Made by a program: the position numbers and the translations under genes
In this document: positions 11,766 through 24,153 of the stretch, in pieces
Position numbering within the stretch: position 1 is the stretch's first letter
How the letters are laid out: the number at the start of each line of letters is the position of its first letter
From: Octopus sinensis
Lineage: Eukaryota
Assembly (NCBI RefSeq): GCF_006345805.1
Contig: NC_043022.1
Location: 10,912,001 to 10,976,000 of the forward strand
DNA: 64,000 bases
Reading direction: 5' to 3'
The notes under the pieces: model-generated
The model's input: the letters and a program-made list of their open reading frames with translations, nothing else
Database searches by the model: none
What the model was told of the DNA's origin: nothing

Positions 11766-12934
11766 CTATATATATATATAAATTTTTGGCCTAAAATTAA
11801 GTAAACTACAATTCAATAAAGGGCTCAATCTCCCTGAGTAACCATGTACTTCCTCTATAGCAAGACACCTACTTCCACCTCTCTGTCACACACTAACTTT
11901 TCATCATCTGACACAAGATCACCTCCTCCAAATCTCCCTCCTGTACAGCAAGACACCTGTTTATGCCTCTCTGCCATACTCTAACCTTCCATTATCAGAC
12001 ACAAAATACCCTCCTTGTCAAAATTCCTTGTGTTGCAAGTTACTTGGTGACCCTGCCGGTGCTGGTGCCACATAAAAAGCATGTCAAAACTGATCTTGTC
12101 TGTGCTTGTGCCATGTAAAAATCACTCAGTCCACTCTGCAGAGTGGTTGGTGTTAGGAAGGGCATCCAACTGTAAAAACCCTGTCAAAACAGACACAATA
12201 GCCTGGTGCAGTCTTCTGCCTGGCCAGCTCCTGTCAAACTGTTAAAGCTATGCCTGCATGGAAAGCATAGGTTAAACAATGATGATGATACCTTACAAAT
12301 GTCCAGTTATTTTACTATATCTTTGTATCTTGTCAAAAAGTGAATATGTATCAAAGATGGTCTTTTTTCGTAGAGGATCAAGCATAACAAAATCAGCATT
12401 ATAAGAGTGTCCTATGGAGTCATTCACATATTGATACAAACTAATATAAGAATAAATGAGGAAAGAATTGAAAGAGACATGAAAAGAAGGAAAGAGAAGA
12501 GTGTGAAAAGAAAGGAAGAAAATACAAAGACTGCTTAGTTTCACTTTTAGCTACTTTGTAAAGCTCTCTGTAGTCTCATTCCTTCCAGTTTCCCCAAGCA
12601 TGTCTCTTAAATCCTATTGACTTTGCTTACGGCTGTGCTTTTTACCACCACATATTATACTTGTCTGGGTACCTTGCACCAATCACAGGTCTGATCTGTA
12701 GCTATCAGCTAGTTATCTTGCAGAAATCATCAGTCATCTTCTATTATTAGTCCTGATCTCCTTTTTCTTGAAGATCAACCAAGGCACATTCAGCTTCTGT
12801 GGTTTCTTTCTACACATTCTCTTTTGTTTTTGAGTTCATCTAGCTTCCACTCTGAAGTTGCTAATGACTATTTGATAATCTGTAGTGAGTAGTAAATTCT
12901 CCATCATGAAAGGGATCAGCATTTAAAGCAATCT

Positions 12935-13565
12935 GCCTCAGCTATCTATTTACAGCTGTATATGGTTATGGTGCGGCCACACTTGCAATTTGTCTCACCA
13001 GTCTGGAACCCCTATCTTGCTCAGAATATTGACCTTCTGAAAACTGTTTAGAGATGTGCAACCAAGCGAGTACCCTCCATCAGGCATCTACCATACTCTG
13101 AATGCCTTGCTTCCCTGGGCATGGATACACTGAAGCTCTGACATCTTGCAACTTATTTCGTAAACACTCACAAAATTATTAACCATCTTGCCTACAACAA
13201 CCCTGAGCACCTTTTTGAATTCCATGTGTCTAACAGATGTGGGCATCCATACAAAGACAGAGAACAGCACAGCTCCCATGACTTTCAGAAACATTTTTTC
13301 ACACTCAGAGTTGCTGAAGCATGGAACAAACTACCCGCATCAGTTGTTAGCTGCCGAGACATTGCATCCTTTAAAACCTCCATGCTTCCTGAAATTCACC
13401 AACGCTACACCTGATATCCTCCCCTCCATACGTAGTTTATCATGACTCATACACTGTTCACTTACCTGACTTTCGTACATAATTCTATGTACTCTGCATG
13501 CACCTTTGATGAGTTGTAGTGCAACTGAGCACTATACACAATAATTTCATTTATTATTATTATTA
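12935..13565 (+). mobile_element. 3' fragment of the same CR1 family, opposite orientation
   Basis: Encodes HSSHDFQKHFFTLRVAEAWNKLPASVVS. Ends gcactatacacaataatttcatt(att)n. Confidence 0.88.
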
Positions 13566-13656
13566 CATCATTTTATCTCATTCTGAGTGAAAATAAAGCT
13601 TATATGACATAAGTGATGAAACACACTTGCACATGCTCACTCATTTATTCATCCAC

Positions 13657-13698
<42 letters not shown>

Positions 13699-13787
13699 AA
13701 AATATGAAATTAAAGAATGTTACTGACAAAGCTTGTGATGATCATTAACATTGCATTATGGACAACGTATACTGTTAATACACTTAC

Positions 13788-13913
13788 TCATATGCAAGTG
13801 GATTCATTGGGCTGCAAATACCACGAGCAACATAGCAAGGGATTCTGTACATCTTTTCAAATGGTTTGAAATTTCGGACCAAAGAAATAACAGCTGATGA
13901 GAATTCCTTTGAA
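13788..13913 (-). CDS. CFAP74: CFAP74 coding exon 10 (SKEFSSAVISLVRNFKPFEKMYRIPCYVARGICSPMNPLAY)
   Basis: ttttag| acceptor, |gtaagt donor. 126 nt, phase 2 to 2. Resembles recalled SDEYQAARATLLRAF..FVVPCVVASG. Confidence 0.87.
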
Positions 13914-14199
13914 CTAAAACAAAGAAAAAAAGTACAAAACACAATACATGGAAAAGTACATAATACAATACATGGTTAATTCCATTTGTGTATTTCAGTT
14001 TGAAATTGTTCTTTACAAATATATAATATTTAATAATGCTTATATTGAATTAATTAAATGTTAAATTTACAATATATACACATGCATATAGATTATATAT
14101 TGTATTACAATTGTCCTTTTCAAGTTGTCACTTTGTGCTCACTGCCTTCTTAATAATATGTATACACAGACACACACACATGATGTTCAGCTAAATTTG

Positions 14200-14897
14200 G
14201 CTACCTTTTATGTCTCCTTTTTTCTCAGAAATTGCTTGATGTTTCGGTGAACAGATAATGGCATCGGAAAGCATAATGATTAGAGATGTAGTCAAGAAAA
14301 TTTTAGCTGACACGGAGGACTGGAAGCCATATGAATATAGGAAAAGTGCTATTATGTGTATCATGATGATTTGTGATATCGAAATGCCTGCATCATGACT
14401 GCTGCTCAATGCTCTGTGAACACTGAAAAGGCTGAATGACAAGACATGGGCCACTGCAACTGAGACTACAAAACTGTGGATAGCAGAAAAGGACACAAAC
14501 AAGCACTATGACTCTGGCTGCATACTGGAATTCATTCCCACACTTCTGAACAGGGCATTAGGCTCAGTTCAGAAGCTGCTAGAGCCTATGGTCAGATCCT
14601 GGCTGGAAGGCCATATGTCTGGTAGCAGGATCTGACTTGTTGCCATACCTTTGGAAAGAGTTAGAAGTGGTTGTCAGAAAATTTCTATGACTTCATCAGT
14701 CCTGATGTCTGGCCGCTTAATCCCACTGCTCATAATCTGAAGGATTACTGTGTGTGGAGACAGCTGAGAAAGACATCAATCACTTTGCCTGCAGCATCAA
14801 AGCCAAGATCTTTCAGGGACACACTGAAGAACACATACACCAAGTTCTGGAGATGTCTTAAGGTTATGATAGAAGATGAGTATGGTTACTTTGAGTA
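14200..14897 (+). mobile_element. Tc1/mariner relic, same family as 5335-5660
   Basis: GRPYVW.QD..CH..KWLSENFYDFISPDVWP..DYCVW; ends ..IEDEYGYFE*. Confidence 0.72.
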
Positions 14898-16403
14898 AAC
14901 ATATTTCACATCATCATCATCATCATTGCTTAGTGTCCGCCTTCCATGCTAGCATGGGTTGGACAGTTCAACTGGGGTCTGGGAAGCCAGAAAGCTGTGC
15001 CAGTCTGATCTGGCAGTGTTTCTACGGCTGGATGCCCTTCCTAACGCTAACCACTCCGTGAGTGTAGTGGGTGCTTTTTATGTGCCAGACAAGGCTGGCA
15101 AACGGCCACGATTGGATGGTGCTTTTTATGTGCCTCCGGCACGGAGGCCAGGCAAGGCTGGCAACGGCCACGATCAAATGGTGCTTTTTACATGCCACCG
15201 GTCATAATCCCAGTCATAATCGAGTTGATATATTTTCATTTTTTAAAATACAGCTATTTTTACCTGAAATATTTTATTTTGTTTTCCTTTTTGCAAGCTG
15301 TCAAATTTAATCTGAATACCCTGTATGTACATATCTCATATAATGCTTAAGAAAAACAAAATAATTTTAAAATTCATAGCACTTGATAGAGATGTAGAGT
15401 AATGTATTTGTAATTATAAAGCAATACAAGTGAGCCATCACTGGTTTCATGGTCCTCAAGATCTGTTCATATCGCATGATATAAGAAAATTAGAAATATT
15501 TAAATGTCATATCAGAGATATTCTGGAAATGCAAACACTTTGAAAACCATCAATTATGCAAATCAGAAACTGCACTGTCACTGAACTGGAACTACATAAA
15601 CACACACACACACTTGATATTGTGTTACCACAGATTTTCTTTGATTTTTCTTTATACAAGTTTTTTCCCTTCTTACATTTACCAGTTTTATTTTTATAGT
15701 TACATCTCTTTCTTATAGATATCTTCTCTTTGCCCTCTCTCCATTATTTCCTCTAACAACGGTAGAAGTTACTCTTCGTCAATCATATTTAACTTTTTGT
15801 CTTTGTTCCTCCATCAACTTGAAACTATTTGCAAGTTTTTTTTCTCAGTGACTTTAACAATTAAAGGGAAATAACTCAGATAGTGGGGACGAATTACTAC
15901 GAGTGAAGAGGAAGTTTGAAATATCTTTTCAAAGTATTTCCCATTTTCTGATGTATATCGAGATAAACAGAGCTTGAAAACAGAAACCAATGTTATTCTA
16001 CAAATTTAGGATCAACTATAGATAATGCTAGACTGAGATTCCAGACATAGCATTGAAAGACATATTTTATTATCTTCATGCACATATATGCATATCTTCA
16101 TAAACATAAACACATAAAATACAAATACAATAGGAAGCAGGGAAACCAAGAGGTGTGATTCAAAAAGCTTTAGTTTCTAATTATGTATATGTATGTGTGT
16201 GTGTATGTTTATTTTTGGTGTTACAAATGAAAGATAAGTTATATATTCAAAATTGAATATTTTGCATTTTCACTTGTGTTACTCTATATTCTTCACAGCA
16301 TGTTCTGTATGTGTGTGTGTATATATATATATATATATCATTGCTTTTATGCCTGCTTTTACTATACTGGCATGGTTTGGATGTGACTTGGTGAAGTAAT
16401 AAA

Positions 16404-16467
16404 ATAATAATAATAGTAATAATGAAATTATTGTGTATAGTGCTCAGGTGCACTACAACTCGTCAAA
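16404..16467 (-). mobile_element. ~60-bp extreme 3' end of the same CR1 family
   Basis: Reverse complement is tttgacgagttgtagtgcacctgagcactatacacaataatttcattatt, nearly identical to 13505-13565. Confidence 0.8.
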
Positions 16468-16969
16468 TTACTGCTCTATGGTTAGATACCTTCAATGATT
16501 CTTATCCTTACTAGTTCTCAAGTAAGATTCTTCATTCCTTGACTTAAAATAAAATGCTAAGCAGCCAGACATCTTGGTTTTGTGTGATATGAACATCATC
16601 ATCATCAGTAGCTGAACTGTATCAAAGCAGATATATATTATAGAGACACACACACATATATGTATGCATACGATGGTCGTCTCTTATAGTCTGAGGAAAA
16701 TGGTTCTGTGATTTGTTGCTGAACAATCTGCACAAATAATGATTTTTTTGTAGTGATCAAGTGTTCATGCTGTGCATTAGTTCACTTCCTCCATCAAATC
16801 AATGTTTCCTGAACAGCTGCCTGATATACCACATGTCAGGTGTTGAAGTGATTGCAGACAATGAGATGAAGAGTGTTGCCTAAGAACACAACACATCAAA
16901 TGGCCTAGGAATTCAAACCATGATTTTGTGATTATGAATGCATCACTCTAACATGAGCCCTCAAATATA

Positions 16970-17010
<41 letters not shown>

Positions 17011-17599
17011 AGTATTGATATCCAGAAGACCCAAGATGGCAGGTAAGGCTATGTAAGTGCTATGGGAGGACCATAGTTAGACTCTTGGTTCGATAATAAT
17101 ACAAGTGAGGAGTCTAATGCAGGTCTTGTGTGAGCATGTATATGTTGAAAAAAGTGAGACAATAAAACGAAGGCTGTGTGGAATTTACAGGATATTTATA
17201 AAGAGATAGGTAGTTTTATAGCTATTTCTGGGATATTGGGGATATCCCTTCATCAGAAATGATAAGAGAAAGTTAACTAGAGAGAAATAGTAGAGTTCAA
17301 TATAAGGAGTGATTTGGGAAAAGGATGGATATAGGAAGTATAAAGAGAAATAAGAGAATAAAAATAAAAGTAAAAATATATGCATGCAAGCAAGCAATCA
17401 CAGAGTTTTAGTAGTATATAGATAAATGCTCTTTCAATGTTCTACCATCCATTCAGTGTACAATTCCATTTTCATTCAAAGTCAACTGCAAGTAAAATCT
17501 TCAGGAGTAAAAAGTAAAAACAACCTGTCCTTATTAAATATCATTATTTGAATTAACCTAATCAATAAATTTAGGTAGTGGGTAGTGATTTTCTTTACT

Positions 17600-17990
17600 A
17601 CTTCAGGGAGTGACGACTCTTCCTGACACGAGTCCCGGGCTCAGCTGGCTCTGGCTGACAGTACCCGGTAGGAGCCCCTATCCAGGGTTATGGAAAGGAG
17701 ACAACCTTCAAAGAAATTTGGAGTGGAGCCCTGTAGGCAGTTTAGTGTCTGACTTGACACTTTCCGGCAGCTCCTGCAACCAAGCTGGTGCCAAACGTAA
17801 TGCTCTGCACTCCTTTGGACTATGTCAGCAAGGTCGAGAGAGGAAACCTGATTATTGGGCTACCCAGGATTTTCTTACATCTAGCCCAGGCCTTCACAAA
17901 CCTGGAGAGGACATGAAGTGTAAAAACCAGACTACATTAGTTTATGCGCAACCCCATTGTCTCCCAAGACAAAAGGATGCCAACAACATT
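17600..17990 (+). mobile_element. GC-rich probable RTE LINE 5' UTR fragment
   Basis: Abrupt GC-rich block with ggcagctcctgcaaccaagctggtgccaaacg, recalled from RTE 5' UTRs. No protein motif confirms it. Confidence 0.4.
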
Positions 17991-18558
17991 TAGTAAATTA
18001 TTTTTTCCCCTAATACTGTATTTAATGACTTGGTAACTTTGAGTTTTCTATGCTTCACAGAATAGAATGTCTAACAAAAATAATATGTATCTGTCGTAGT
18101 AGTTACTATTGCTATAAAAAATCAGACATACTTCCCTTGCATACTGCCGTCTAAGTTTTGGCCAATAAAAAATTTCTGAGTTCTCACTTTTGTTGCTTTT
18201 CAGAGTAATTTTTATTAACAACTAATGATTTTCTTCTCATTATAATTTGAATTGATTAAAAATTATATTTAGCTCACTCTGTTAAATGAGGTACATGCAC
18301 ATAAATATATGTGCATATTAAAATCAAAAAGAAGATTAAGAATATCATTTAGACACAATAATTAAATTAATCATTATTTCCGATTTTTGAGAAACACAGC
18401 ATAGGATAAAACTTGTGTTTGTCTAAGAGTATATACAAAGAGGTTCCATAAATGTAAATCATATCTAAGTTGTTTGAGGTTTGTATTATTACGTAAAGCA
18501 CCGTACATGCTGCTGGTAAGGAATACAGATAAGTTCATAAAGCAGGTAGATTACTCAC

Positions 18559-18674
18559 TCATTTTTAATGGACTCCATACAAGGCTGCAGAGTTGACCTT
18601 GGCTTTAGTCCTGAAGGGGATGATATACAGTCGATAGATTTCATTTTTTTTGAAGTTTTGCTTCTGCTACTTTT
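18559..18674 (-). CDS. CFAP74: CFAP74 coding exon 9, poorly conserved basic linker (KSSRSKTSKKMKSIDCISSPSGLKPRSTLQPCMESIKN)
   Basis: Strong polypyrimidine tract + cccag| acceptor, |gtgagt donor. 116 nt, phase 0 to 2, which is exactly the phase change needed between flanking exons. Supported by splice signals and phase more than by homology. Confidence 0.75.
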
Positions 18675-19060
18675 CTGGGAAAAAAACAAAACAAAAAGAT
18701 AATGCCATAAAGTCAAATTCTATAACATCTCATAAAAATTAATTTTCAAATGATATGCAAAATTATAATAGAGACAAATAGTGAAGAAGATAAAATATTG
18801 GAGTGTTACCTTAAAAATATTGGTTTCAAAAATAGTTGTATGCATTTAATAACGTCTTTAAATGTGTTGGGTAAAGCCAGTAACAGTTAATGTCTTCTTA
18901 GCTAATAACTTGGCATAGCACTCCCTTATTACAAAAATACAAAATGTTGATATTTCAACAGGTAATTTGAAACACTCTATTTACCTGGTTGTCTGCAATA
19001 TGATCAAATAGGAAAATAAGATGATCAAAACGGAAAACATAAAGTTCAGTTTCAACCTAC

Positions 19061-19213
19061 CAAAGTGTGCTCTTTATCTGCCTCGGCCTTCTTCAGATGC
19101 ATTTGGTATTTCATTTGGAGTTCTTTCTGAAGCATAGCGGTGACCAGTGCAATAGCTTCTTCTTTAATTTCTTTCTCGTTAAGAACTGGAGAAAACTGGA
19201 CTTGTACTCGCAA
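19061..19213 (-). CDS. CFAP74: CFAP74 coding exon 8 ([51 protein letters not shown])
   Basis: tgttag| acceptor, |gtaggt donor. 153 nt, phase 0 to 0. Resembles recalled LVQVAFRPVLPEKLIRQEAL. Confidence 0.87.
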
Positions 19214-19274
19214 CTAACATATTTTGAAAGAAAAAAAAAGAAAAATTGTTAAGAATGGAGGATGCTAAAATCAA

Positions 19275-19342
19275 ATGTTGTGTGTGTGTGTATACATATA
19301 TATGTATATACATGTATATATGTGTACATATATATACATATG

Positions 19343-19378
<36 letters not shown>

Positions 19379-19402
19379 TATATATACACACACACACATA
19401 TA

Positions 19403-19441
<39 letters not shown>

Positions 19442-19790
19442 GCACATATACATATATATATATACATACACACATATATGCATACATACACACACACACA
19501 CACATATATATATACATACAGACATGTATATAGATATGCATACACAGACACACACACACATATACATGTCTTTGCATATGTGCATGCAAGGCATGAGTAT
19601 ATGTATGTGTATATGCATATGTACATATATATATATGAACATGTATGTGTATATGTTTATACGTGTGTGTACATGTGTATATCTGTGTGTGTATGCATAT
19701 ATATGTGCATATGTGTGTGTGTGTGTGCATACAAGGGAGATGTATTTGTAAGTATGTGTATATGCATATATATGTAAAATATATATGTGT
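19275..19790. repeat. Compound (TA)n/(CA)n/(TG)n microsatellite
   Basis: Directly visible; begins about 60 nt upstream of the exon 8 acceptor. Confidence 0.95.
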
Positions 19791-20032
19791 ATATCCCTCT
19801 CTCTCTCTTTCGGAGAGGCACAAGCACCTACACGCACCTATACACACACGGCAGTAACTTCCGCCTGCCGAATTCAATCACAAAGCTTCGGTCGGCTCGG
19901 GGCTATAGTGAAGACACCTACCGAAAGTGCCACGCAGTGGGACTGAACCTGAAACCATGTAGCTAGGAAGCAAGCTCCCTAACCACACAGCCATACGTAT
20001 GTATATATATATATATATGTATATATATATAC

Positions 20033-20081
<49 letters not shown>

Positions 20082-20099
20082 GATGTGTCTATGTGCATG

Positions 20100-21372
20100 T
20101 GTGCAAGGAATGAAGCCAGTATGCTTCGCTGGATGTGTAATGTCAGTGTGCACCCTGGAAAGTCTGGAAGAATGGGGGTAGCAGGAAACTGTACTAGATA
20201 GCCAGAAGGCAGGCTGGGCAACAGGTACATATAGCCAAGGGAGAAGCAGAAAAGAAGTTTGCTAATGTTCTGCGACATGAGGACCAAAGAACTGAAGTAT
20301 TTTGGATTGCAAGACAGTGTGCAAGAGAAAATTATGATGTCACAGGAGAGAAATGTGTCCAAATGGATGATGGTTCACTTGCTTTTAATGATTCTGAAGA
20401 GAAAGAGGCTTGGAGAAGCCATAATGAAAGACTGCTGAATGTGGAAGATGAATGGGAGGAGGAGAGCCTGCCAAATGTTGACCCAGTTGAGGGACCAGCT
20501 CAAATAGACAGCTCCCTAGTAGATAAAGCAATTAAGGATATGAAGCCAGGAAAAGCCTCCGGCCTTTGAGGAATCACTGCTGAGATGCTTAAAATATCTG
20601 GTGGTGTGGGTTATGGTCTAGTCACCCATATTGTAAACCAGGTAGTTCACGAAGGAGTCATACCCAATGACTGGCGTAATAGCACCATAGTCAGCTGCTA
20701 CAAGTGTAAAGGAAATGCTTTAGATAGAAATAACTACAGGAGTATAAAACTGCTGGATCAGGGGATGAAGGTCATGGAGAGGGTCAAAGCAATTAGGGAG
20801 AGAGTCTGCTTAGTACAAAATCGAACTACAGACGTCTGTAGGTGACTAAGTTTGTAGTGGGGGTTGATGCTCAGAGAGAGTTACCACTAGAATAAGAATA
20901 GCCTGGGCAAAGTTCGATCAGAGTGAAAGGTAGATTGTATGATGCATGTGTGCAAACTGCCATTCTTCATGACAGTGAAACATAGGCTGTGACTGCTGAA
21001 GACATGTGTAAACTCGAAAGAAATGAAGCTAGCATGATTCCCTAGATGTGTAATGTCAGTGTGCACACAACAGAGTGTAAGCACCCTGAGAGAAATGTTG
21101 GACATAAGAAGCATCAGATGTGGCATGCAAGAGAGATGACTGTACTGGTATGGTCATGTACTATGGATGGATGAGGAGAGCTGTGTGAAGAAGTGTCACT
21201 CCCAGACAGTGGAAGGAACCTGTAGTAGAGGGATACCCAGGAAGACATGGGATGAGGTGGTGAGGCAATGACAAAAGACAGAGACCTCTGAAGATATGCT
21301 GTGACTGAGAAGACCTGGCAAGTAAAGTGATATCACAGCTGTAGCCTACACCAGTGTCGCATAACCAGCCCA
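20100..21372 (+). mobile_element. RTE-clade LINE fragments (RT N-terminal part and C-terminal tail)
   Basis: AIKDMKPGKASG, IPNDWRNSTIVSCYKCKGNALDRNNYRSIKLL, and a decayed WYGHV..RGxPRKTW tail. Multiple stops. Confidence 0.82.
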
Positions 21373-21384
21373 CTAAAAAAAAAG

Positions 21385-21672
21385 TACAGTTCTATATTTA
21401 AGAGATGAGGAATTATGTACATTATTTACATTCAACGGATATTTGTCCTCATCTTGTTTGTTGCTAACACAATGTTTCGGCTGATATACCCTCCAGCCTT
21501 CTTCAGGTGTCTTGGGGAAATTTCGAACCTGGGTTCTCATTCCTAAGGTACTATTCAATGCTATTATTATTATTATTATTGTTGTTGTTGTTGTTGTTCA
21601 GGTCACTGCTTGGAATCAAACTCAGAATATTGGGGTTAGTAGCCCATGCTCTTAACCACTATGCCATATGCC
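21385..21672 (-). mobile_element. tRNA-derived SINE carrying a hammerhead ribozyme
   Basis: A-box TGGCATAGTGG (21666-21656), B-box-like GAGTTTGATTCC (21623-21612), (AAC)n(AAT)n spacer, hammerhead at 21511-21466. A T9 run follows at 21383-21375. Confidence 0.7.
21466..21511 (-). ncRNA. Minimal type-I hammerhead ribozyme candidate inside a tRNA-headed SINE
   Basis: Minus strand reads GACAC CTGAAGA A GGCTG gagggtatat CAGCC GAAA CA TT GTGTT. Stem I 5 bp, stem II 5 bp, extra A after A9. Ultra-short stem III ACAT, probably a decayed ACGT palindrome. Confidence 0.65.
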
Positions 21673-21799
21673 TTGAATATAAATAATGTAAATAATGTTA
21701 AAAAACAAGTACCTTTGGATTGTCAGTACATCAACATCAAAATTAAAATCAAATCAAACCACAATCAAATGGAAATTGTAGTTGTGGTTGATGCAAGTG

Positions 21800-22140
21800 C
21801 AGCCTGACTGGCTCCCATGCTGGTGGCACATAATAAGCACCATTCATGGGTCAGTCGTTGCCAGTGCCACCTGACTGATTCTCTGTGCCTGTGGAATGTA
21901 AAAAGCACCATCCGAAAGTGGTTGATGCCAGCTCCCTCGCTCCGTCTGGGTCCTGTGTCAGTGATACGTAGAAAGCACCCACTCTACTCTTGGAGTGGTT
22001 AGTGTTAGGAAGGGCATCAAGCTGTAGAAACATTGCCAGATCAGATTGGAGCCTGGCGTGGCCTCCTGGCTTGCCAGACCTCAGTCCAACCCATGCCAGC
22101 ATGGAAAACAGACGTTAAACGATGATGATGATGATGATGA
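21800..22140 (+). mobile_element. RTE-tailed SINE with (GAT)n tail (family also at ~12040-12290 +, 14905-15195 -, 44310-44520 -, 52010-52480 -)
   Basis: Shared ggttagtgttaggaagggcat..gctgtagaaac..aacccatgccagcatgg..gttaaac(gat)n end. Confidence 0.78.
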
Positions 22141-22142
22141 AG

Positions 22143-22223
22143 ACATATATACATATACACACACACATATACATATATACATATACACATATGTATATAT
22201 CTACATATATATATATATACATG

Positions 22224-22258
<35 letters not shown>

Positions 22259-22298
22259 TATATATACATGCATATATATATATATATATGCAAACATG

Positions 22299-22347
<49 letters not shown>

Positions 22348-22605
22348 TCATATATATATACATGCATATATATATATACACACATGCATATATATATATG
22401 CAAACATGCATACATATATGCAAACATGCATACATATATATATATATATACATACATGCATACATATACATACATATATATACATACATGCATACATATA
22501 CATACATGCATACATATACATACATGCATACATATACATACATGCATACATATACATACATGCATACATACATGCATACATATATATATATATATGATGA
22601 TGATG

Positions 22606-22645
<40 letters not shown>
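22143..22645. repeat. Compound (TA)n / (CATACATATACATACATG)-like microsatellite
   Basis: Directly visible. Confidence 0.95.
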
Positions 22646-22646
<1 letters not shown>

Positions 22647-23029
22647 ATTTTCTCAAGGTGCCATGCAGTGAGACTGAACCTAGGTCTATGTGGTTGAGAA
22701 GCAAGCTTCTTACCACACAGCTACACTTGCATGGGCGAATAAGACTGACTAGGGCAAATAAATTTGGGAGACATTACTGTCTTTCTCACATGTATTAATA
22801 GTGATATTACTGAAAGTGAATTTTAACTAACAAGCATTTGCTTTTTAACTAATGCAAGAAATTAAAGTGAGTTGTGTCCCCTGTAAGCAAGGCCCGTTAC
22901 TCTATTTCGCTACACCTAGTTAAAGAAATAAATACAGTGTTCGAGCTAAACTCGACACTGCTCGAAAGGAAAGGAAAACACAATATTCCATAAAAAAATA
23001 AAAGTATTTAAAAACAAAAATCAAAGGCT

Positions 23030-23345
23030 ATCAAACTAGAATGGCCTTCGAACACCTCTTTGATCTAGGCCACCATCTCAGCCTTGGTGTTGCACACAGA
23101 GCGGCTGGCGTCTTTCTCAACTTCGCCCCACACATAATGATCCATGCGGTTACAGTTGGTGGAATTAGGAGGTAAAAAATTGGAGTTGGTGAATTCATAA
23201 GATATTCTCTGACAACCATTTATTGCTCTTTCAGGAGGTATGGCAAGGAGTCAAATCCTGCAGTCACACATATGGCCTTCTTGCAGCAACCATCTCCTAT
23301 CTAGGTTTAACCAGCCTCTAGTAGCTTCACTTAGCCATCTGAATT
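23030..23345 (-). mobile_element. Tc1/mariner relic, same family as 5335-5660
   Basis: RPYV..QDLTPCH..NKWLSEN..PPNSTNCNRMDHYVWGEVEK. Confidence 0.68.
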
Positions 23346-23349
23346 CAGC

Positions 23350-23700
23350 TTAAGGCCCTGTTCAAAGGCATGGGAGACAGTTCAATCTCCTTTCTTTGTG
23401 CAGGACAACAAACCCTGTCACACTGCGAAGAGAGTCAAAGATGTTTTGAGTGATGAAGGGGTTGATCTCATGGACTGTCCACCTCAAAGTCTCAGTCTCA
23501 AACCTACAGAAAATGTTTAGGAGATTATTGGAGGTGGGACACGAAGGAGAGATCCAAAGAACCAAGATGGACTCTGGGAATTATTGAAAAATGAATGGAA
23601 CAATATTACTCCATCATTTTGCAAGAAATTAATTCAGTCCTGTGGTAACAGATGTCAGGAGGTCATTGATAGTAAAGAGATGTTCACAAAATATTAATAG
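23350..23700 (+). mobile_element. Tc1-type transposase C-terminal relic
   Basis: QDNKPCHTAKRVKD..MDCPPQS...LWELLKNEWNNI..CKKLIQSC. Confidence 0.75.
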
Positions 23701-24153
23701 TAAGGGGGTTTTTTTTGTTCTTGTTTGATTTTTCATTGTTTTTCTAAGTGACCCTCAACTTTTGGCCGTTGCAGTTTGGAAGACTATTTGTTTATTTCCT
23801 CATAACTTATGAAATATTTATTCCATTCATTTAAAATTTTCATGAAAGATAGATATTAGACATATCTAAATATGTGTAAAATATCTAGTCTCAACGTTTT
23901 GTTAATCTTCTATAATAAATATTTCAACACACTTGTTCTCATTGATCCTTATATTATGACCGCTGCTGTACAGTAAACAGAAAACCATAATAATAATAAT
24001 GATATAGCATTCATTGACATAAGGAATTATCAAGCCTCATGAGCACCATTTCGACATGTAACTTCAAAAACCCTGTTAGTGATAGAATCTGGTCATTTCT
24101 TAATAGTACAAAATAGGACTGCCTCTGCTGAAGCTTTGATGGTAGCTCATAAG

